This document shows, in pieces, positions 9,622-18,918 of a stretch of DNA of 64,000 nt. The stretch lies in contig OZ244720.1 of NCBI GenBank assembly GCA_965219085.1, positions 2,752,001-2,816,000 of the forward strand, written 5' to 3'. Position numbers and translations under genes: made by a program. This DNA is from Dehalococcoidia bacterium (lineage in GTDB: Bacteria > Chloroflexota > Dehalococcoidia > UBA2979). How positions within the stretch are numbered: the first letter of the stretch is position 1; each line of letters opens with the position of its first letter. Under the pieces are notes generated by a model. The model searched no databases. It was not told the DNA's origin and worked only from the letters and a program-made list of their open reading frames with translations.

Positions 9622-10122
9622 ATGGAGGCAACCGGGCTCTTCGAGAATGCGATCGAGTGGTTGCGGGAGCACTACGCGGAATTCCGATTCTTCGCGGAGC
9701 GCGATCTCGTCTGGACCGTCCAATGCCGGCTCCTGGAGCAGATAGAAGACGGCGACCTCGCCTTTCGCGTCTTCAATGACCAGAGGGTTGGTAGCAGGCG
9801 AGCCGACCTTGCAGTGATGGAAGGCGACACCGTCGTGGTTGCCGTGGAGTTCAAGTACGAACCCAGTCACGAGCGCGACGATCGTCAAGGCGGGGACATC
9901 AGGCACACCAAATTCCCCGTCGTCGATTGGGGAGAAGTCTGCACGGACATTGACCGTGTCCATGAGTTTGTGGCGCAACATCGCGCCCGAGCGGCGTACT
10001 CGATCTTTGTGGACGAAGGAGGGGCGTTTCGTGAGCGCCCAACCCCCGCAGGAAGTCACTGGTGCGAGTGGGGCGCAGGCCTATCGGTGCTCTGGTCACA
10101 TTGGCGCGCGGTTCAACCCTGA
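9622..10122 (+). CDS. Hypothetical PD-(D/E)XK-like nuclease
   Basis: E...ADLAV...AVEFKY motif order; lower GC; GGAGG RBS. Confidence 0.6.
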   Translation: MEATGLFENAIEWLREHYAEFRFFAERDLVWTVQCRLLEQIEDGDLAFRVFNDQRVGSRRADLAVMEGDTVVVAVEFKYEPSHERDDRQGGDIRHTKFPVVDWGEVCTDIDRVHEFVAQHRARAAYSIFVDEGGAFRERPTPAGSHWCEWGAGLSVLWSHWRAVQP

Positions 10123-10147
10123 TCGGCGAGGGCTCGATGCGGTAGGG

Positions 10148-11122
10148 CTACCGCGAGTTGATCACTTCAGGGTTGACGATCGCGGGCGGGGTCTCGCCCG
10201 CGAGCACGGCAAGCACGTTGTTCACCGCGAGCTCGCGCATCAGGTAGCGCGTCTCCCCCGTCGCCGTGCCGATGTGCGGAAGCACGATCACGTTCGGCAG
10301 GCCCGGCAGCGGGTCGGCCGGGTCCGGCGGCTCCACCTCCAGCACGTCGAGCGCCGCGCCGGCGATCGAGCCCGCCTCGAGGGCTTCGCGCAGCGCGGCC
10401 TGATCCACGACCGGGCCGCGCGAGGTGTTCACCAGGTAGGCGTCGCTGCGCATCAACGCCAGCTCGCGCGCGCCGATGAGGCCGTGCGAGGTGGCGTTGA
10501 GGTCGGTGTGCAGGCTCACGAAGTCGGACTCGCGCAGCAGGTCGTCGAGGGGGCGGTACTGGCTCTCCGGCGCGCCTTCGGGCAGGTCCTCGAACACATC
10601 GGTCCACAGCGTGCGCATGCCGAGCAGCTGCATGCGCCGCGTGACCTCGCGGCCGATGCGGCCGAAGCCGACCACACCGAGGACCTTGCCGCCGATGTCG
10701 TGCCCGAGGGGCAGCCGCGGGGCGCGTTCGGCCCAGCGGCCGCTGCGCGCGTAGGCCTCGTACGGGAAGAGCTGGCGCGCGAGCGCCACGATGAGCGTCA
10801 TGGTGAGGTCGGTGACGGCGGTGTTGAGCACGCCCGGCGTGTTGCAGATCGCGATCCCGCGCTCGGTGGCGAGTGCCACGTCGAAGTTGTCGTAGCCGAC
10901 GCCCGTGCCGGCGACGACGCGAAGGTGCGGGGCAGCATCGAAGAGCGCGGCGCCCGCTACACGCAGCGGCGACATGATGACGCCTTGCGCGTCGCCGAGC
11001 GTGGCGTGGAGTTCGTCGTCGGGCGCTGTGGGCTCGACGTGCCGGACCTCGCCGACAGCTTCGAGGCGTGCGAGGAATTCAGTTTCGACGGGCGTGGCGA
11101 CGCAGATCGTGGGCCGGCTCAC
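10148..11122 (-). CDS. D-isomer-specific 2-hydroxyacid dehydrogenase (glyoxylate reductase-like)
   Basis: GVGYDNFD, GFGRIG, NTSRGPVVD, ALDVLEVEP, PHIGTAT; alternative start 11149. Confidence 0.92.
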   Translation of the reverse strand: MSRPTICVATPVETEFLARLEAVGEVRHVEPTAPDDELHATLGDAQGVIMSPLRVAGAALFDAAPHLRVVAGTGVGYDNFDVALATERGIAICNTPGVLNTAVTDLTMTLIVALARQLFPYEAYARSGRWAERAPRLPLGHDIGGKVLGVVGFGRIGREVTRRMQLLGMRTLWTDVFEDLPEGAPESQYRPLDDLLRESDFVSLHTDLNATSHGLIGARELALMRSDAYLVNTSRGPVVDQAALREALEAGSIAGAALDVLEVEPPDPADPLPGLPNVIVLPHIGTATGETRYLMRELAVNNVLAVLAGETPPAIVNPEVINSR

Positions 11123-11205
11123 GTCACCCCCCGCCGAGGCGCCCGACATCGAAGCGCCGTGTACTGAAGCGTCTGTATTGAACGCCTGTGTCGAGGCGCC
11201 GGGCA

Positions 11206-11227
11206 GGGGCGGGCCGGAGCCCGCCCC
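11206..11227. terminator. Hairpin downstream of acyl-CoA dehydrogenase
   Basis: GGGGCGGGC-CGGA-GCCCGCCCC. Confidence 0.6.
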
Positions 11228-11246
11228 CCATTCGGCGACGACTCGA

Positions 11247-12473
11247 CTAGCCGCGCGGCAGGCCGAGCCCGCGCGTGGCGATGATGTTGCGCTGGATCTC
11301 GCTCGATCCGCCGGCGATGGTCAGCACCACCGCGTGCACGTAGACCTGCGTCGGCTCAGCAGCCACCGCCGAGCGCGGGTCGTCGCCGTCCCAGATGTTC
11401 GAGTAGAGCCCGAAGGCCTTCATCCCGGCGCGGGCGACCCGCTGGCGCAGCTCGGTGTAGAACATCTTGCCCATCGACGCCTCGTAGTTGGGCAGCATCC
11501 CGGCCGCCTGCATCGAGGCGACGCGGAGCGACAGGTTGAACATCACCTCGGACGCGATGTAGGCGTCGGCGATCTCGGCGCGGGCGCGCTCGAGGCCCCC
11601 GTGCTCGCGCTGTGCCTCGCCGTCGGGCGAGTGGGCGTGCTCGATGATGCGGTCGAGGAACTGCTGGTTCTCGATCGCGCCGCCGATGCCGGAGCGCTCG
11701 TAGTCGAGCAGGGTCATGCCGACGTACCAGCCGCGGTTTTCCTCGCCGATCATCTGGTCGGCGGGGACGCGCACGTCCTCGTAGAAGGTCTCGTTGGTGG
11801 CGTGGCGGAAGCCCATCGAGACGATGGGGCGGACGGAGATGCCGGGCGTCGTCCTGTCCATCACGAAGAACGAGATGCCGCGGTGCTTCGGGGCGTCCGG
11901 GTCGGTCCGGAACATGCCGAAGATCCAGTTGGACTTGTGGCCCGAGGAGGTCCACATCTTCTGGCCGTTGATGACGTACTCGTCGCCGTCGCGCACCGCG
12001 CGCGTCTGCAGCGAGGCGAGGTCCGAGCCGGCGCCCGGCTCGGAGAAGCCCTGCGCCCACAGCATCTCGCCGCGCAACGTCGGCGCGAGGAACTTCTGCT
12101 TCTGCTCCTCGGTGCCGTGCACGAGGATCGTCGGGCCGAGGAGGCGCAGGCCGCCGCCGCCGACCGGTGGCGCGCCGGTGTAGGCCATCTCGGAGTTGAA
12201 GATGAACTGTTCCATGCTGGTCAGGCCGGCGCCGCCGTATTCCGTGGGCCAGTGCGGGGCCGCCCAGCCGTGCTCGGCAAGGGCGTCCGCCCACGCAAGC
12301 GCGGCCTCGCGGGCGTTGTCCTCGCCGATGGCGATGTCGGCCTGCCAGTCGTTCTCGCCGGAGGGGTCGGCCTCCTGGGCGCGCGCCTTGTAGAAGGCGG
12401 GCAGGCGCGCATCGATGAACGACCGTACTTCGTCCCGGAATACGGCTTGTGCGTCTGAGTCGGCCCAGTCCAT
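11247..12473 (-). CDS. Acyl-CoA dehydrogenase
   Basis: WAQGFSEPGAGSDLASL, NGQKMWTS, TIAGGSSEIQRNIIA; AAGGAGG RBS before ATG 12473. Confidence 0.93.
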   Translation of the reverse strand: MDWADSDAQAVFRDEVRSFIDARLPAFYKARAQEADPSGENDWQADIAIGEDNAREAALAWADALAEHGWAAPHWPTEYGGAGLTSMEQFIFNSEMAYTGAPPVGGGGLRLLGPTILVHGTEEQKQKFLAPTLRGEMLWAQGFSEPGAGSDLASLQTRAVRDGDEYVINGQKMWTSSGHKSNWIFGMFRTDPDAPKHRGISFFVMDRTTPGISVRPIVSMGFRHATNETFYEDVRVPADQMIGEENRGWYVGMTLLDYERSGIGGAIENQQFLDRIIEHAHSPDGEAQREHGGLERARAEIADAYIASEVMFNLSLRVASMQAAGMLPNYEASMGKMFYTELRQRVARAGMKAFGLYSNIWDGDDPRSAVAAEPTQVYVHAVVLTIAGGSSEIQRNIIATRGLGLPRG

Positions 12474-12655
12474 GGAACCTCCTTGTTCGTCTGAATGCGC
12501 GGCGATGATACCCGCTGGCCATAGCACGCGCCGCACGTTGAAGCGTCCGTGAGCCGGGCGTCGCCGGGCCTCGGAGCGCCTCGCGCCCCCTGGGCGGGTC
12601 GACGCCTACAATCGCGCGTACGTCCCGCCGCGCCGCGGGACGCCGGGAGACGCGC

Positions 12656-13990
12656 GTGGCACAGGCACAGACCAACGGAGCGTCTGCCCCGCGCATCGAG
12701 GAGCGCCGTCCGGGGCGCATGGACGCGCTGCGCATCCGCGACTTCCGGCTCCTCTTCATCAGCACGGTCAGCTCCGGCTTCGGCCAGTGGGCGCAGATGA
12801 TCGGGCTGAACTGGCTCGCCTACGTGCTCAGTGGCGAATCGGCGACGCAGCTCGCGCTCGTCGCCTCGGCCGGCGGGGCGGCGCGGCTCGTGGCCGGCCC
12901 GGCGATCGGGGTGATCCTCGATCGCTACGCCCGCCGCAACGTGCTCGTGTGGACGACGGTGCTGAGCGCGGTGAAGGGCGTCGCGCTGGGCGTGCTCGTC
13001 GTCACGGACCTCGTCAACATGCCGATGGTCTACGTCTTCTCGGTGCTCGAGGGCGCCGTCAGCATGGCGAACCAGAACGCCCGGCAGGCGTTCGTCTACG
13101 ACGTGACCACGGAAGGCACGCTTGCCAACGCCGTGGCGCTGAACTCGATCGCGCAGAACATGGCGCGCATCGCCGGGCCGCCGCTGACCGGGATGATGAT
13201 CGGGCTGCTCGGCACGGCCGCGCCGTTCCTGTTCATCGGTGTGGTGATGCTGATCGCGACCGTGTTCACGCTGGCGATCAGCACGAACACACGGCAGGCC
13301 GCGCCGGATCGCGAGAACCCGCTGCGCAGCATGTGGCTCGGCGTCGCGTACGTGTCGAAAGATCGCGCGATGCTCGGGCTGATCCTGACCTCGGTCGTGC
13401 CGGCGTTGACCGTCTACCCCTACGTCCAACTCCTGCCCGTCTTCGCCGAGGAGGTGCTGGGCGCCGGCGCGACGGGGTACGGACTGCTCGCGGCGGCGAT
13501 CGGGTGGGGCTCGTTCTCCGGGCTGGTCGGGCTTTCGATCTACGGCGACGTGCGACGCAAGGGTCTCGTGCTGCTGTTGTTCTTCATCGGCTACGTCGGC
13601 TCGCTGATCCTGTTCACACAGTCGAACGTGCTGGTGCTGGCGCTCGTGTTCCTGGTCTGCGCCGGGCTGTTCCACGGCGTGGCGATCACCCTCGCCCAGA
13701 CCCTCGTCCAGCTGCTCGCCCGCAACGATATGCGTGGCCGCGCGACCTCGCTGTTCGCGATGGGCTTCGGGCTCATGCCCCTCGGCGCGCTGCCGATGGG
13801 ACTCGCCATCGACGCCTTCGGGGCGCAACACGCGGTCGGCGGCTTCATGATGGTGTCGTTCGTGTTCTTCATCTTCCAGGCGCTGACCTGGAAGTCGCTG
13901 CGCGGCGCCGGCTCGCCGCTCCGCCAGCCGACGCACGTCGCGATGCACCTCGTCGAGACTCCCGCGAGCGTGGCTGAGCCTGTGCGATAG
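12656..13990 (+). CDS. MFS transporter
   Basis: About 12 hydrophobic segments, GVILDRYARR motif A, MRGRA. Confidence 0.9.
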   Translation: MAQAQTNGASAPRIEERRPGRMDALRIRDFRLLFISTVSSGFGQWAQMIGLNWLAYVLSGESATQLALVASAGGAARLVAGPAIGVILDRYARRNVLVWTTVLSAVKGVALGVLVVTDLVNMPMVYVFSVLEGAVSMANQNARQAFVYDVTTEGTLANAVALNSIAQNMARIAGPPLTGMMIGLLGTAAPFLFIGVVMLIATVFTLAISTNTRQAAPDRENPLRSMWLGVAYVSKDRAMLGLILTSVVPALTVYPYVQLLPVFAEEVLGAGATGYGLLAAAIGWGSFSGLVGLSIYGDVRRKGLVLLLFFIGYVGSLILFTQSNVLVLALVFLVCAGLFHGVAITLAQTLVQLLARNDMRGRATSLFAMGFGLMPLGALPMGLAIDAFGAQHAVGGFMMVSFVFFIFQALTWKSLRGAGSPLRQPTHVAMHLVETPASVAEPVR

Positions 13991-14005
13991 GGCGCCACGA
14001 GGCGA

Positions 14006-15361
14006 TCAGGTGGGCCGCGCGCCCACGTGGTGCATGCCGCCGTGCGTCGTCGCCCCCATGGTCGCGGAGGCGAGCGGCGCGGCGGCGGGCTCAGCCTCAT
14101 CCGGGTTCTCGTAGGGCCGACGCCGGATGAGCAAGATCGCGAACGCCGCCACGGCGGAGAGCAGGCCGTAGGTCGTGAACACCGGCACGAAGCTGCCCGT
14201 GCGGTCGAAGACGATCCCGGCGATGATCGGTGAGATGACGGCGACCGGCATCGCCACGGCGTTCACGAGCGCGTTGATGGTCGCGAACCGCCTCGGGCCG
14301 AAGAAGTCGGCGACGATCGCCGTGTGCAGCACCACCCACGCCGCCTGGCCGAACGCGAACGTCGCGTAGTACGGCACGAGCAGCCAGAGGCGTCCGCTCG
14401 ACACCGAGGCGAGCACGACGATGCCGACGGCCTGTAGCGCGAACGCCGCCATCAGCAGCCTTTGCCGCCCGATACGGTCGCCGAGCAGGCCGCTCGTCGG
14501 GCGGAAGATGACCTGCGAGAAGGCATAGCCGACGCCGACCGATGTCGCGTACCCGACCCCCAGACCCTGCTCGCGCAGGTGCGGGAACTGGTAGACCACC
14601 CAGCCCTGCACCGTCGCGACGTTCGCGCACTGCGCGAGCGCGAGCAGGTAGAAGGCTGGGGTGCGCAGCGCCTGCCCGACGCTGTCGCCGGTCATCGCGA
14701 ACGGCGTCGCGCCCGCGTGTCGCGCCCGGAGCGGCTCGCCGTCGGGTTCGAGGCCCATCACCGAGGGGTCGTTGCGCATGGTGAAGGTGAGCGGCAGCGC
14801 GATCACGAGGATCAGGCCGGCCGAGACGACGAGTGTGCCGCGCCACCCGAAGGTGGTGATGAGGACCGCGATCAGCGGGACCAGGGCGAAGCCCGAGCCG
14901 TTCCCGGAGTTGAGGAAGCCCATCGCGCGGCCCCGCTTGACCTGGAACCAGCGCACGATCAGCGCCGAGTAGGGCATGAAGGTGCTTGAGCTCTGCCCGA
15001 TCGCCAGCACGATGCTCGCGCCGTAGTACATCGGGAGCGAGCGCGCCTGCGAGAGCAGCACGAGGCCGATGGCGAGGACCACCAGGCCGGCGCGCGCCAT
15101 GATCCGCGGCCCGAAGCGGTCGATGAACGCCCCGGCGAACGGCCCGAACACGCCCTGCTCGAGCGCGCGGATCGAGAAGCCGGCGGCGACGGCGGCCGTG
15201 GTCCAGCCGGTCTCCTCGCGGATCGGCTCGATGAAGACGCCGAAGCTCCAGATCGCCATGCCGGAGACGAGGAAGTTGGAGGTCGCGCCGGAACCGACGA
15301 TGTACCAGCCGAAGTAGAGGCCCCGCGCGCGTGAGCTGAGTGAGCGGGGCGGTGCCGTCAT
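14006..15361 (-). CDS. MFS transporter (monocarboxylate/OFA-like)
   Basis: FGWYIV, GAFIDRFGPR, WFQVKRGRAMG, GLLGDRIGR. Confidence 0.9.
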   Translation of the reverse strand: MTAPPRSLSSRARGLYFGWYIVGSGATSNFLVSGMAIWSFGVFIEPIREETGWTTAAVAAGFSIRALEQGVFGPFAGAFIDRFGPRIMARAGLVVLAIGLVLLSQARSLPMYYGASIVLAIGQSSSTFMPYSALIVRWFQVKRGRAMGFLNSGNGSGFALVPLIAVLITTFGWRGTLVVSAGLILVIALPLTFTMRNDPSVMGLEPDGEPLRARHAGATPFAMTGDSVGQALRTPAFYLLALAQCANVATVQGWVVYQFPHLREQGLGVGYATSVGVGYAFSQVIFRPTSGLLGDRIGRQRLLMAAFALQAVGIVVLASVSSGRLWLLVPYYATFAFGQAAWVVLHTAIVADFFGPRRFATINALVNAVAMPVAVISPIIAGIVFDRTGSFVPVFTTYGLLSAVAAFAILLIRRRPYENPDEAEPAAAPLASATMGATTHGGMHHVGARPT

Positions 15362-15401
15362 GCGCTCCTTTATTCGCGACCGCGGGTCTTACGGCAAGCC
15401 T

Positions 15402-15513
15402 GCGGCCGGAGGCCGCATGATCGTGCCCGCGGCCGGAGGCCGCATGATCGTGCCCGCGGCCGGAGGCCGCATGATCGTGCCCGCGGCCGGAGGCCGCATG
15501 ATCGTGCCCGCGG
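15402..15513. repeat. Tandem 27-bp repeat x4 with internal palindrome
   Basis: GCGGCCGGAGGCCGCATGATCGTGCCC at 15402, 15429, 15456 and 15483, all identical. Confidence 0.95.
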
Positions 15514-15626
15514 TGCGTAGTAGGTTACGCCTCGCCGCCGAGCACTCGGCGCGAGGCAGCGGGACATCACCAATCCGGAGCACGTGCGGGGCGCCCCCCA
15601 CATTCCGAAGCACAGGGAGGCATGGG

Positions 15627-16418
15627 ATGAGCGAGCAGCAACTCGAAGGCAAGGTCGCAATCGTGACGGGCGCGAGCCGCGGCATCGGCGAGTCGATCGC
15701 CCACTCGCTGGCGCGCGACGGCGCGAAGGTCGTCGTCGCGGCCCGCACCGAGGAGGTCACCGACCCGCGCCTCCCCGGCACCATCCACTCGGTCGCCGCG
15801 GCGATCGAGGCCGAGGGCGGCGCCGCGCTGCCCGTGGTCACGAACCTGCGCGACCCGGAGAGCATCTACGGCTGCGTCGAGCGCACCGTCGAGGAGTTCG
15901 GGCGGGTCGACATCGTCGTGAACAACGCGGCGATCCCCGTGCCGGGCGACATCGAGACGGTGCAGGACCGCCACATCGACCTGATGTGGCAGGTCGACAT
16001 GCGCGGCCCGGTGCTGATGTGCAAGGCGGCGGTGCCGCACATGAAGGCCGGGGGCGGCCACCTCATCAACATCTCCTCGAGCGCGGCGATCTTCCCCGGC
16101 CCCGGGCCGTACGACGACGATGGCATCGGCGGGCTGTTCTACGGGATGGTGAAGGCAGGGCTGGAGCGCTTCACGCAGGGCCTCGCGATAGATCTCCAGA
16201 AGTACCGCATCGCCGCCAACGTGCTGTCGCTGAACTACGTGATCCACACGCCGGGCAACATCTTCGCCGGCAACGACCCGGAGAACCCAAACCTGGACTT
16301 CGACAGTGCGGAGTGGATGGGCCGCGCGGCGGTGTGGATCAGCCGCCAGCCGGCCGAGTACACGGGCCACATCGTGTTCGACCACACGATGCGGTACTGG
16401 CTCCAGGATATCGAGTAG
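15627..16418 (+). CDS. SDR family oxidoreductase
   Basis: TGASRGIG, NNA, YGMVK; GGAGG RBS. Confidence 0.92.
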   Translation: MSEQQLEGKVAIVTGASRGIGESIAHSLARDGAKVVVAARTEEVTDPRLPGTIHSVAAAIEAEGGAALPVVTNLRDPESIYGCVERTVEEFGRVDIVVNNAAIPVPGDIETVQDRHIDLMWQVDMRGPVLMCKAAVPHMKAGGGHLINISSSAAIFPGPGPYDDDGIGGLFYGMVKAGLERFTQGLAIDLQKYRIAANVLSLNYVIHTPGNIFAGNDPENPNLDFDSAEWMGRAAVWISRQPAEYTGHIVFDHTMRYWLQDIE

Positions 16419-16591
16419 CCTCCAGCGCGCGGCGCTGCGGTCCACTGCCGGGCCTGCCCGGCGAAGCGGTTCGCCGCCCACGTCCGCGTTGATTGGGTCG
16501 CCGAAGCGCGCGATCAGCGTCTTCGCGTCCACCATCGCGCGGAGGTTCGCTCCACGGCCTTACGATGGGGGCGGACGCTTACGCGTGCCCG

Positions 16592-17437
16592 TCAACTCAT
16601 CACCGCGGTGTCGGGCTGATTGGCCCATTCGTTGAACGATCCCGCGTAGTTCGACGCCCGGTCGTAACCGAGGATCTTCAGGACGAGCGCAGCGAGACCC
16701 GCGCGCGCACCGCCCCCTCAGTACGTCGCGACAGCGACCTCAGGTGTGATTCCCTTCGCCCCCAGCAGGGTGGTGAGCGTGGTCGCGGGCTTCAACGTTC
16801 CGTCGTCGGCATCGAACAGCTCGGTCCACTCCAGGTGGATGGCCCCCGGGAGGTGCCCGAGCCGGGGCGGAGGATTGAAGCCAGGCGTTGTCCCCTCGAA
16901 CTCCCCGAGGCTGCGCACGTCCCAGAAGACCGCCTCGTCATCGTCGACCATGGCCCTTGCCTGGTCCAGCGAGCAGTAGACACCCTCGGTCAGGCGAGGC
17001 GTGAACGTTCGTGGTTCGTGGGACGCAGGGTCGGTCGAAAGCGGCAACTCCTCGCGCGTCCACTTCGTGAACCCACCGTCGAGGAAGCGGGTATCGGGGT
17101 GGCCGTAGTACAGGAATGCCCAGGCGGTCATGCCCGCCATTTGCAGGAACGCGTCGGCCGAGCCGTAGACCACGACCGAGGTGTGCTCGTCGATCCCAAA
17201 CGCCCCGGCCAGTTCGGCAAAGGCTGCGGGCTCCGGCATCTCCGGTCCAGCCCGCAGTCCCCCGAGGCCGAACCCGTTGAGGTGGACGGCGCCTGGAATG
17301 TGGCCGGCGGCGTAGTCCTCTCTAGAACGAGCATCGACCACGCGCACGGTCGGATCGGACAGGCGACTCGCGAGCCAACCGGTCTCGGCCAACAGCTCTG
17401 GATGAGGGTAGCCTCGCTCACTAACGGGAATGGACAT
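16592..17437 (-). CDS. Two-domain rhodanese/sulfurtransferase, predicted selenoprotein (Sec at codon 240 of 281)
   Basis: GHIPGA, LDGG, WDVRS, GHLPGA; in-frame TGA 16718-16720 in VATY*GGGAR, followed by LGY...NYAGSFNEW rhodanese C-terminal signature up to the stop at 16592. Confidence 0.88.
16681..16717 (-). promoter_or_regulatory. Putative bacterial SECIS element
   Basis: GGGGGCGGUGCGCGCGCG-GGUCU-CGCUGCGCUCGUCC directly 3' of the UGA folds by eye into a stem-loop; GGUCU begins 19 nt after the UGA. Confidence 0.75.
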
Positions 17438-17485
17438 GCACGGCTCCAATCGGTCTTCACTGCGGTAGCGGCACGAGTGGCCGCA

Positions 17486-17524
17486 GGGCGGCTAGAACTC
17501 GATCGGGCCGCCGGGGTCGATCAC
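17486..17524. repeat. 39-bp direct repeat, copy 1
   Basis: GGGCGGCTAGAACTCGATCGGGCCGCCGGGGTCGATCAC, identical to 18919-18957. Confidence 0.95.
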
Positions 17525-18861
17525 TCGTCGGTTTCAGGCGCGCCGATGTCCGCGGCTTCTGCTGGCGGCTCCGACTCACCTTCCTCGGTTTGTCGGGGGA
17601 GTCTGGGCGCGGGCGGCTTCCAGGCTTCGAGGTTCTGGGTGACCGTCCGGTAGAACTCGTCCAGGAGCGACGTGATGGAGCCGATGAACGATCGCGCGCC
17701 GGTTCCCCGCGCCATTCCCATGTCCCGCGTCAAGGTGACCCGGAACGCGCGAGGGGCGATTCGCCGGTCCTCGAGGAGCGCCTCGTCGGGATGCTCGGTC
17801 AGCGCGTGAAGCAAGGCTGACGTGGTGACGGATCGGGACTCAAACGACGCGTCCACGCGGAGACTGCCGGGCGCGTCAGATCGCAACTGACGCACGAGCC
17901 AGTTGATCCGCGTCCGAGGCCGCCCGTCGCCTGGGGCGTCGACCTGCAGCGACGCTGAGATAGTGCGTGTCTTCAAGTCGGCGCTGAGATTGATGTCGGC
18001 GACCGCAGCCGGCACGCGCAAGGTGCATTCGAGGACACCAGCCTCAGCCAGGGTCCTCGCCAATCGCGTCCGGCGACCGGCGACGTCGCGCCGGTCGCGG
18101 CGTGCGAGCACCTGCTGCACATCGGCGCCGAGCTCGCGGCCCAGTTGAAGGCAGAGGTAGCGGGAGAGTTCGTCCCATCGCTCGACTACATCATCGACAC
18201 CGTCGTCGCTCGGTCCAAGGGTGCCGGCTCGGGCGCTGTCGCGGATGGCCGTCCAGTGCTGCCCCATGTCCTCGAATTGCATCGCCCCGGAGCTCGGGTG
18301 CTCGAGGTATGCGATGAGTTCGGCGAGTATCCATGCCTGCTCGGGGTCGGCAACGCCGCGGTGGTCGTGCTCCATGACGGCCTCGGTGAGCAACGCTACC
18401 CACGAGATGTGGTGCAACTCGACGCGCCGCAGCTTTCGCCGGTCTACTTCAACCGGATGGTCGCCCGTTGCGGGCATGATCTGATTCGAAATGGTGACCA
18501 CCGCGTCGAAACCGTGCTCCCGGGCGGCGTCGAGATACGACTCAACCTGGGCCCGATCCAATTCGCTCGTTCCGGTCTTCACTTCGACGAGGGCCACCCA
18601 GGTGCGCCGCCCGCGGCGTACCCGGAGAAGGCCGTCGGGACGTACGACCGTCCCGTCGGCCATCTCCAGCGGAACTTCGATATAGGTCTCAACCGGCCCG
18701 GCGGGTGCGCCGAAGCGTCCCCGCAGGATCGACCTGCCGAACTCATCGACGGCCCCGAGCACGCTGAGCAGGGCGGACGTTGCGCGGGCCTCGCGCTCGC
18801 GGTCCCCTCTGATGCCCGAAGTCGGAATCAAGCGCGCAGGTAGCCAAGCCTCGGCTGTCAC
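17521..18861 (-). CDS. PD-(D/E)XK nuclease-fold protein (so-called stress response protein type)
   Basis: IEV...RPDGLL...LVEVKTG...QVESY...TISN motif order. Confidence 0.7.
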   Translation of the reverse strand: MTAEAWLPARLIPTSGIRGDREREARATSALLSVLGAVDEFGRSILRGRFGAPAGPVETYIEVPLEMADGTVVRPDGLLRVRRGRRTWVALVEVKTGTSELDRAQVESYLDAAREHGFDAVVTISNQIMPATGDHPVEVDRRKLRRVELHHISWVALLTEAVMEHDHRGVADPEQAWILAELIAYLEHPSSGAMQFEDMGQHWTAIRDSARAGTLGPSDDGVDDVVERWDELSRYLCLQLGRELGADVQQVLARRDRRDVAGRRTRLARTLAEAGVLECTLRVPAAVADINLSADLKTRTISASLQVDAPGDGRPRTRINWLVRQLRSDAPGSLRVDASFESRSVTTSALLHALTEHPDEALLEDRRIAPRAFRVTLTRDMGMARGTGARSFIGSITSLLDEFYRTVTQNLEAWKPPAPRLPRQTEEGESEPPAEAADIGAPETDE

Positions 18862-18918
18862 GACGCCTCCAAGGGTCGAGGCCTCGTCGCCGTGGGCGGC
18901 GAGGCGAGTCGCGCGGGT

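Noticed and set aside
15360-15626. N-terminal MIVPAAGGR repeats as a true part of the SDR
   Set aside because: A good GGAGG RBS precedes ATG 15627 and the SDR fold starts there; the extension follows from the 27-bp DNA repeat and is kept only as a possibility.
16718-17449. Truncated rhodanese pseudogene as given by the ORF track
   Set aside because: The frame after the TGA is intact with conserved motifs and a SECIS-like hairpin, which favours Sec read-through.
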